Of a stretch of 17,022 nucleotides of DNA, positions 1 to 7,762 are shown in pieces (within the stretch, counting starts at the first letter, position 1; each line of letters begins with the position of its first letter). Source of the stretch: Octopus sinensis (taxonomy: Eukaryota); contig NW_021825188.1 of the NCBI RefSeq assembly GCF_006345805.1, forward strand, positions 1 to 17,022, written 5' to 3'. Below the pieces are notes generated by a model that did no database searches, was not told where the DNA came from, and saw only the letters and a program-made list of their open reading frames with translations. Made by a program: the position numbers and the translations under genes.

Positions 1-174
1 TTATATAACTTTAAACAAGGGCAAAAGAAAATTTCTAATGTCAAATATGCCAAAACAGACTTAATCGTCAATAACCATATAATTTATCACTATGCTGGCC
101 ATTGATAAAATTTTATTTTTCGAAAAAATTTTATCCTATATTAGATGTATATATATATATATATATTATATATA

Positions 175-534
175 AAGAACGTGAAATACAGGAAGGGACA
201 AACACGTGCTGCTATGTTTGTTGTTTTGTCTCATTTGGTCTAAAGTCGTATGACAACCACCGTTATATTATATTTTATTTAACCGTTACCGTTTTCAATT
301 TCGTTTTCGTCTCTCGTATTTACATCCGTCTCGTGCGTTTACATTCGTGTCTTCTACCAAGAAATCTAATGCTTACAGCTTAGTTTTTTTTTCTTGGGGC
401 TGGCCGAGTTGGAGCAAATATCAGAATTGAACAGCCGAAATTTGCTATGATGATTCGGTGTCTGACTGAAGATTGAAGGCTTCGAATGATTTGTCTGTGT
501 TCCGTGTTTGTCCCTTCCTGTATTTCACGTTCTT
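175..534. mobile_element. 360-bp element with perfect 32-bp terminal inverted repeats, embedded in TA runs (MITE-like, or a PLE-type inverted terminus)
   Basis: 175-206 aagaacgtgaaatacaggaagggacaaacacg is the exact reverse complement of 503-534 cgtgtttgtcccttcctgtatttcacgttctt. TA runs flank both sides. No coding capacity. Confidence 0.7.
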
Positions 535-610
535 ATATATAAAACATTTATTCTTATATTACCGCGGCGTTACGTGCACACACCACCCCCCCCCCCGTTT
601 ATATATATAT

Positions 611-835
611 GTTCAAAATTTTACTACATGTGGATTGATGGCGATTTTCTTCCTCCTTCTGCCTTATCTTTTGGACTTTCCTGTCTCCTGTTTCTGAAGA
701 GGAGCTTTGCTCGAAACGTAAAACACCCTTTCTTTCCTTCCTTGACTATTTTATTAATGCTTTGCATGTACCCGAATCGCGTTGTATTTTTTTTTTCTTA
801 TGTTTTTTCTCGTTTTTTTTTTATTTAATTAATTA
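611..835 (+). mobile_element. Short hammerhead-bearing element between two (TA)n tracts; probable solo Penelope-like pseudo-LTR / retrozyme-like unit
   Basis: Non-coding, T-rich ~225-bp unit bounded by TA microsatellites and containing a minimal hammerhead at 689-725. The PLE assignment is inferred from the ribozyme type. Confidence 0.5.
689..725 (+). ncRNA. Minimal type I hammerhead ribozyme (helix III reduced to ACGU palindrome)
   Basis: Stem I TGTTT(689-693)/AAACA(721-725); core CTGAAGA 694-700; one extra G701; stem II GAGC-ttt-GCTC 702-712; GAAA 713-716; CG; GUA triplet 718-720, predicted cut after 720. Confidence 0.75.
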
Positions 836-881
836 TACATATATATATATATATAGTATATATTATATATATATATATATT

Positions 882-927
<46 letters not shown>

Positions 928-975
928 ATATATTATATATATATATATAATATAATATATATATATATATATATA

Positions 976-1010
<35 letters not shown>
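835..1010. repeat. (TA)n microsatellite
   Basis: Direct reading; occasional TT/AA interruptions. Confidence 0.97.
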
Positions 1011-1014
<4 letters not shown>

Positions 1015-1016
1015 GT

Positions 1017-1335
1017 GAGGGCGCGTGGCTTAGTGGTTAGGGCATTCGCTATGATCGTAAGTTGTGAGTTCGATTCCCGGCGACGCGTTGTGTCCTTGAG
1101 CAAGACACTTTGTTCACGTTGCTCCAGTCCACTCAGCTGGCAAAAATGAGGGTTGTACTTGTATTTCAAAGGGTCAGCCTTGTCACTCTCTGTGTCACGC
1201 TGATTTTCCCACCGAGAACTACGTTAAGGGTACACGTGTCTGTGAAATGCTCAGCCATTTGCACGTTAATTTCACGAGCAAGCTGTTCCGTGATCGTATC
1301 AGCTGGGACCTCGTCGTCGTAACCGGCGGAGTCTC
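1017..1335 (+). mobile_element. tRNA-derived SINE with CORE-like central segment
   Basis: A box tggcttagtgg 1026-1036 and B box agttcgattcc 1067-1077, followed by tgtgtccttgagcaagacact (resembles the CORE-SINE segment tgtgaccttgggcaagtcact). A related body occurs on the minus strand at 10765-10825. Confidence 0.85.
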
Positions 1336-1370
1336 ATTATATATATATATATATATTATATATATATATT

Positions 1371-1686
1371 ATATATACCAATTAAGGACTGAACACGAAA
1401 AGTGGAGTGTCAACATGCTAGATATAGACGTCAAATCGCCCTTCACCACAAAAGATTATGTTCTCAGATCAAACTCAACACAAAACCATAGCAATAAACA
1501 AGTGAAAAATATACGAAATAAAATAATTAAATTATTTTATTTCGTATATTTTTTCACTGTTTATTGCTATGGTTTTGTGTTGAGTTTGATCTGAGAACAT
1601 AATCTTTTGTGGTGAATGGCGATTTGACGTCTATATCTAGCATGTGACTGTCCACTTTTCGTGTTCAGTCCTTAATTGGTATATAT
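1371..1686. repeat. 316-bp spacerless palindrome (foldback), arms ~157 bp
   Basis: The left arm atatataccaattaaggactgaac... is the reverse complement of the right arm ...gttcagtccttaattggtatatat. Centre at 1529 (aataatt-a-aattatt). By eye, 3 substitutions and 3 single-base indels separate the arms. Confidence 0.95.
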
Positions 1687-1764
1687 AAATATTTAATCTT
1701 CGGATTCTTTTTTAATAGCTAGACCACTGGTCTTAATTGATAAATATCAATTTCTACCCTTAAT

Positions 1765-1779
1765 TATTATATATATATA

Positions 1780-1834
<55 letters not shown>

Positions 1835-1861
1835 AATATATATATACATATATATATATAT
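1765..1861. repeat. (TA)n microsatellite
   Basis: Direct reading. Confidence 0.95.
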
Positions 1862-1865
1862 AATA

Positions 1866-2182
1866 TTTATTTATGCGCCCTTTTCAAGCCTAGCCAGGCT
1901 TATGAGCCCGGTTTCCCGGTTTCTGTGGCGTATGTGTTCCCCACCCCCAGGTGGGCGGGACGCCAGTCCATTGCAGGGTTACTCAAGAAACAGGAAGAGA
2001 GAGTGAGAAAAAGTTGGAGTGAAAGAGTACAACAGGGGTCGCCAACACCCCGTGCCGGAGCCTCGTGGAACTTCAGGTGTTTTCGCTCAATAAACACACG
2101 CAACGCCAGGTCTGGGAATCGAACCGACCGCAATCCTCCGACTGCGCGTCCACTGCTCTAACCACTGGGCCATTGTGCCTCC
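1866..2182 (-). mobile_element. tRNA-derived SINE with V-domain-like 3' part
   Basis: Minus strand: A box tggcccagtgg (2162-2172) and B box ggttcgattcc (2115-2125). The 3' part cctgcaatggactggcgtccc resembles the V-SINE domain (recalled). Ends in an A-rich tail ataaataaa. Confidence 0.85.
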
Positions 2183-2271
2183 ACATATACATACATACAT
2201 ACATATATATACGTATGTATATATGTGTGTGTATGTGTGTGTGGTGTTTATATATGTATATTCATACACGT

Positions 2272-2749
2272 TGGTGGATGTTTCCTTGAAATCAACCCTG
2301 TCAGACAACCTTAAGGGGAATTTTTTCCGTGCAACAGTAGAGCCAGTCCTTTTATGTGGAGCAACAACTTGAACGCTTAGGAAAACCTAGAATCCAAGCG
2401 AGATAGAACTTACATTCAAATATTAAGAGCAGGCTTCAACACATCTTGGAAAACCCTGCAAACCAAGAAACATGAGTATGAGGATCTTCTGCTTGTTTCC
2501 ATCATCATAAGGTAAAGGCTTTTGGGCCTTGTGGGACATTACAGGCGAGCTAAACAATAGCTGGCAACTGAGTTGCTGTTATGGAAGCCACAGCATGGCC
2601 TTAATCAAGCAGATTCTCCGAACACAATGCATGGAGTGTATATCATCTCAGCAGAAACACTGGATGCCTATCCAAAGACCTTGGTCCAGTAATGCAGGGT
2701 GGCGTGCGAGTGCTAAAAGCATCCGAGCAAGTTAGACCAGGTTGATGAT
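2272..2749 (+). mobile_element. Degenerate 3' fragment of an RTE-group LINE (RT C-terminal region and 3' end)
   Basis: Translates as KSTLSDNLKGNFFRATVEPVLLCGATT*TL...ILRAGFNTSWK, matching the RTE-type post-RT motif (FRA.VE.VLLYG..TW.L...LR..LN.SW), with stops and frameshifts. Ends in a short gatgat tail. Confidence 0.8.
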
Positions 2750-3542
2750 TTATACACCTCCGCACATGCGCTAGGAGCTTGAACTTTTCCAAATTTGACT
2801 TTTATAAACACGCAATATTTACAACTTTCCTATTTTTGAGCGACCGGAAGTACTTGACCTACTAACGTCTATCATATAAGCTGCTTCTTTCAGTAACAAT
2901 GGTGCTATTATCCATTAATCTGAGTCACTGGGTGTTAAACAAAGGATTACTTAAAGAAAGCCCACCGCAGACACACACACACACACACACCACACACACA
3001 TCTGTGTGTGTGTTTGTATTTTCTGGAAGAGTGGATCTCGAATCACGTAAAAGTATGTAAAAAATAAAATCATGTAAGTATTGGATTCAAAACACTTTTG
3101 AATAGAATACGTCGAAGGCTACCTGAGGATTTCTTCATCGATTCTTTCCACACGAAAAGATTTTTCAAGCCGATATCTGCATACAATTATTTATATCCTT
3201 ATTTGCGTCGAGAATTATTTCACATTCTCTCGAAAGTTTATAAATCAAAAGATGATGTCAACAGTATATACATATGTCTGTGTCTGTGTGAGTAGAAGAT
3301 CATTCTTAAGCTAGGCAGCCAGAAGGTGAGATCCAGACATGCTCAATATCGAAACCACGTGGTAGTGCTCAAATGAGTTGAACTTACATTCCGAAATCTT
3401 TACCGAGGAGGAGAGCCACGGGGTAAAGAGTGGCTTTGAGAGGAATCCAGGTGAACTGATTACAAATAAGCAAATAAAACTGCTTGGCCCGGAAATATGA
3501 AATATACAAGACACATGAGTGGCTACGTGGTAAGAATAGACC

Positions 3543-3699
3543 TAGGAGTGGCTGTGTGGTAAGAAGCTTGCTTCCCAACCACATGGTTCCGAGTTCAGTG
3601 CCACTGCATGGCACCTTGGGCAAGTGTCTTCTACTATAGCTTCAGGCCAACCAAAGCCTTGTGAGTGGATTGGTAGAAGGAAGCTGAAAGAAGCCCGTC

Positions 3700-3768
<69 letters not shown>

Positions 3769-3978
3769 GCATGTTTGTATGCAAGTATGTATATATGTAT
3801 GTATATATGTATGAATGTGTGCATGTATGTATGTATTTGTGTGTCTGTGTTTATCCCCCCCCCCCACCATCGCTTGACAACCGATGTTGGTGTGTTTATG
3901 TGAAAACTTAGCGGCTCGATAGAACAAGTACTATGTTTACAAAGAATAAGTCCTGGGGTCGATTTGTTCGTCTAAAGG
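3543..3978 (+). mobile_element. tRNA-derived bipartite SINE with internal (TA)n/(TATG)n tract
   Basis: Head ggagtggctgtgtggtaagaagcttgcttcccaaccacatggttccgagttcagtgcc, then microsatellite ~3701-3840, then the 3' half. Clearly homologous to 12285-12720 (-) and 14360-14515 (+). Confidence 0.9.
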
Positions 3979-4027
3979 TACGAAGAAAAAGAGATGACAC
4001 AGGAAAAACGATGGTTATGTTATGAAC

Positions 4028-4100
4028 TTCATTGGCTTACAGGCGTTTCTGCTATGAGATGCAGTGGGCTCTTAGTAGAGTGCCTGAATAGCGTCCTAAA
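4028..4100 (-). mobile_element. Short fragment of the PLE 3' end also seen at 15831-15862 (3' half of a hammerhead scaffold)
   Basis: 4028-4059 matches 15831-15862 at 29/32 nt. The minus strand reads GAAA-CGCCTG-TA-AGCC. Confidence 0.45.
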
Positions 4101-4277
4101 GCTCCATCGGAGCCTCGAATATGAAGTGCAATTTATTTAGTGGGTGGTGGGAAGAAAAGGACTTACATTTTGACAATATACAGAAAAAGCATTACCAGTG
4201 AAAAAGTCATTGCCGATGTATATAAGACAAAGTGTATCCACTTTGCTAGTAAACCTAATTGCATTCTGGACACAGCA

Positions 4278-4544
4278 CTTGCTGGACAGCGCAAAAGACC
4301 ACCACCACCACCACCCGTCGCTACCACCACTACCACCACTACCCGCCGCCGCCGCCACCACCACCACTACCACCACCAAACCGCCACCACCACCGCCACC
4401 GCCGCCGACACTGCTGCGCCAGCACTACTACTACTACTACTACTACTCCTGCTGCTGCTGCTACTATTACTACAACTGCTACTACTACCACCACTACTAC
4501 TACACCTACAACTATTACTACTACTACTACTGCTGCTGCTGCAG

Positions 4545-4577
<33 letters not shown>

Positions 4578-4835
4578 ATACTACTACAACTACTTCTACT
4601 ACTACTAATACTACTACTGCTGCTGCTGCTGCTGCTGCAACTGGATGGCCTTTGTAGTTCTGCTCGGTAAGAACTGACCTGGGGCTAAACAACAACAACA
4701 ACAGAGGCTGTAGCAACCCTACCATCATTTCCGTCAATGTCCTCCTCAGCATCATCATCATCATTACCACCACCGTCCTCGTCGTTGTCATCATCATCAT
4801 CATCATCATCATCGTTGCTGCCATCGTCATCAATA
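4278..4835. repeat. Compound trinucleotide microsatellite (CAC/CTA/CTG/CAA/CAT)
   Basis: Direct reading; produces homopolymeric ORFs in several frames. Confidence 0.95.
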
Positions 4836-4869
4836 CTGTTTTGATATCCCACTCACCACCACCACCACC

Positions 4870-5635
4870 ACCACTACAACTACTACTAGAACAACCACTA
4901 CATTCACCCCTCCCCTCTCATCACCATCACCACCACCCACCACCACTACCACCACCAAACCGCCACCACCACCGCCACCATCACTACCACCAATTGTCCC
5001 CCACAACTACAACTGCTACTACAACCACCATCACTGCCCCTCCTCTCTCACCACCACCACCACCACCACTACAACTACTACTAGAACAACCACTACATTC
5101 ACCCCTCCCCTCTCATCACCATCACCACCACCACCATCACCACCACCACCACCGCCACCACCACTACCACCAATTGTCCCACCACAACTACAACTGCTAC
5201 TACAACCACCATCACTGCCCCTCCTCTCTCACCACCACCACCACCACCACTACAACTACTACTAGAACAACCACTACATTCACCCCTCCCCTCTCATCAT
5301 CATCACCACCACCACCATCACCACCACCACCACCGCCACCACCACTATCACCAATTGTCCCACCACAACTACAACTGCTACTACAACCACCATCACTGCC
5401 CCTCCTCTCTCACCACCACCACCACCACCACCACCACCACTACAACTACTACTAGAACAACTACTACATTCACCCCTCCCCTCTCATCACCATCACCACC
5501 ACCACCATCACCACCACCACCACCGCCACCACCACTACCACCAATTGTCCCACCACAACTACAACTGCTACTACAACCACCATCACTGCCCCTCCTCTCT
5601 CACCACAACCACCACCACCACCACCACCACCATCA
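4870..5635. repeat. Minisatellite, 4 units of ~181-195 bp, built on (CAC)n/(CTA)n
   Basis: The anchor ctagaacaac recurs at 4886, 5081, 5262 and 5452. ttcacccctcccctctcatca, caccaattgtccc and catcactgcccctcctctctc recur in each unit. Confidence 0.92.
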
Positions 5636-5861
5636 ATACGTCCACTGTGTATCACTTTATCACAAGTTGCCATTCTTTCCTTCGGAATCGTCAGAGATCA
5701 ACTTTGTTTAGTTTTTAAGTTGGTCCATCCCAGATTTCAACAACAGAATACAATTACACGACACCACCACCACCACCAACAGCAGCAACAATAGAAACAA
5801 TCGCAACAATTAACAATCCTACGACAAGAATTATCACATGACAGTTCCCGCCTTTCTATGA

Positions 5862-5942
5862 ATAATAATAACAACAACAACAATAATAATAATATATAAT
5901 AATAATAATAACAATAATAATAATAATTATAATAATAATAAC

Positions 5943-5983
<41 letters not shown>

Positions 5984-5990
5984 TAATAAT

Positions 5991-6022
<32 letters not shown>

Positions 6023-6061
6023 ATAATAATAATAATAATAAATAATAATAATAATAATAAC

Positions 6062-6102
<41 letters not shown>

Positions 6103-6115
6103 TAATAATAATAAC

Positions 6116-6177
<62 letters not shown>

Positions 6178-6178
6178 T
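5862..6178. repeat. (AAT)n microsatellite with AAC interruptions
   Basis: Direct reading. Confidence 0.97.
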
Positions 6179-6202
6179 AATGGTTTCAAATTTTGCCGCT
6201 AC

Positions 6203-6281
6203 TTCGATCCCAGTGCTCAACTAGCATTTATTTTATCGACCCCGAAAGGATGAGAGGCAAAATCGACCCTCGGCGAAATTT
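6203..6281 (-). mobile_element. Fragment of the SINE family seen at 13425-13707 (central domain)
   Basis: ttatcgaccccgaaaggatgagaggcaaaatcgaccctcggc aligns with ttaatccacctcgaaaggatgaaaggcaaagtcgacctcgac at ~13579-13620. Confidence 0.8.
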
Positions 6282-6292
6282 ATTATTAATAA

Positions 6293-6302
6293 CAATATTA
6301 TT

Positions 6303-6337
<35 letters not shown>

Positions 6338-6393
6338 TATCGTCGTCGTCGTCGTCGTCGTCGTCGTAGTCGTCGTCTTCGTCGTCGTAGTCG

Positions 6394-6425
<32 letters not shown>

Positions 6426-6459
6426 GTCATCATCATCATCATCGTCATCATCATCATCA

Positions 6460-6512
<53 letters not shown>
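6293..6512. repeat. Compound (CAT)n/(CGT)n/(TTA)n microsatellite
   Basis: Direct reading. Confidence 0.97.
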
Positions 6513-7063
6513 GAGTGAGAGGGCAGTGCATGCCATCAAAGTGACACTGGGGTAAAATATACGAAGCCCAGTATACCCATCATGACTACCCGTCTGATAA
6601 GGGTACACCAGGCAGATGCATCACAATCATATGTGCGAGACATGATGAACTCATATCACGATAAACAGCGCATGACCTTGCAGGTGGGGCCTAGTTAGAA
6701 TGTTCTTCTGGTCGAGTACTCATCCTGCTCAAAAGGTCCCTGAATAAGGATTAAGGATGTTGAACGAACCACCCAAGTTTCCAAAGTGTGAATTATCCAA
6801 ACCCCAAAGAATCCCTCTCAACACATGGCTATGATGCTCCCCCACTACTTCTGCTCGTGATCAGAGATGCACATATCGTCAGCCACTAAGAGACATGCTC
6901 AACTGGTTAAGGTCAAACAACTGACAAGCAAATCTGTGGTATTGAGCAGAATATTGCTGTACCCCATCTTTTATACAACACAAAACAATGTACATGATAA
7001 CACTTCCAATCAGTTAAGATCAGAAGCCACGGGAGCCGCTGTCTGGCACTACATCATCATCAT
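6513..7063. mobile_element. ~551-bp non-coding interspersed element, copy 1 of a tandem pair, embedded in (TTA)n
   Basis: Nearly identical to 7109-7661 and flanked by (TTA)n on both sides. No Pol III boxes or meaningful ORF recognised. Resembles an abundant octopus repeat (recalled). Confidence 0.8.
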
Positions 7064-7075
7064 TTATTATTATTA

Positions 7076-7108
<33 letters not shown>

Positions 7109-7659
7109 GAGTGAGAGGGCAGTGCATGCCATCAAAGTGACACTGGGGTAAAATATACGAAGCCCAGTATACCCATCATGACTACCCGTCTGATAAGGGT
7201 ACACCAGGCAGATGCATCACAATCATATGTGCGAGACATGATGAACTCATATCACGATAAACAGCGCATGACCTTGCAGGTGGGGCCTAGTTAGAATGTT
7301 CTTCTGGTCGAGTAACTCATCCTGCTCAAAAGGTCCCTGAATAAGGATTAAGGATGTTGAACGAACCACCCAAGTTTCCAAAGGTGAATTATCCAAACCC
7401 CAAAGAATCCCTCTCAACACATGGCTATGATGCTCCCCCACTACTTCTGCTCGTGATCAGAGATGCACATATCGTCAGCCACTAAGAGACATGCTCAACT
7501 GGTTAAGGTCAAACAACTGACAAGCAAATCTGTGGTATTGAGCAGAATATTTGCTGTACCCCATCTTTTATACCAACACAAAACAATGTACATGATAACA
7601 CTTCCAATCAGTTAAGATCAGAAGCCACGGGAGCCGCTGTCTGGCACTACATCATCATC

Positions 7660-7661
<2 letters not shown>
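7109..7661. mobile_element. ~553-bp element, copy 2 of the tandem pair
   Basis: Differs from copy 1 at only about four spots, all involving a single-base length change (gtactc/gtaactc, aaagtgtg/aaaggtg, tattgc/tatttgc, atacaac/ataccaac). Confidence 0.8.
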
Positions 7662-7744
<83 letters not shown>

Positions 7745-7762
7745 AATATTATTATTATTATT
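7662..7762. repeat. (TTA)n microsatellite; reads as the (TAA)n tail/target of the adjacent LINE on the minus strand
   Basis: Direct reading; abuts the LINE 3' end. Confidence 0.95.

Noticed and set aside
455-500. CTGAAGA...GAAT as a further hammerhead
   Set aside because: GAAT instead of GAAA, a stem II loop that is too tight, and no complementary stem I.
1017-1085. tRNA gene calls for SINE heads (also 2110-2182, 12650-12720, 13620-13707)
   Set aside because: A/B boxes are present but there is no complete cloverleaf, and each continues into a repeated SINE body.
3017-3055. tatttt-CTGGAAGA-gtggatctc-GAATC-ACGTA-aaagta hammerhead-like string
   Set aside because: Needs insertions in both conserved core segments. 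Cannot be distinguished from chance without a family consensus.
4140-4280. LTIYRKSIT...IHFAS peptide resembling the PLE RT YRK...HF.S motif
   Set aside because: Spacing differs from the motif and no flanking PLE motifs support it.
4642-4702. Possible LINE 3' end with (CAA)n tail (gtaagaactgacctggggctaaacaacaac)
   Set aside because: Too short to classify, with no coding remnant; resemblance is from memory only.
4137-6608. Long ORFs encoding poly-Leu/Thr/His/Pro/Tyr/Asp/Ile (mucin-like or His-rich appearance)
   Set aside because: They arise in many frames on both strands from trinucleotide microsatellites. Repeat-unit lengths do not preserve frame, and there is no domain or splice evidence.
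4870-7661. CRISPR-like repeat/spacer reading of the tandem repeats
   Set aside because: Eukaryotic context; units are whole-length duplications with no unique spacers and no cas genes.
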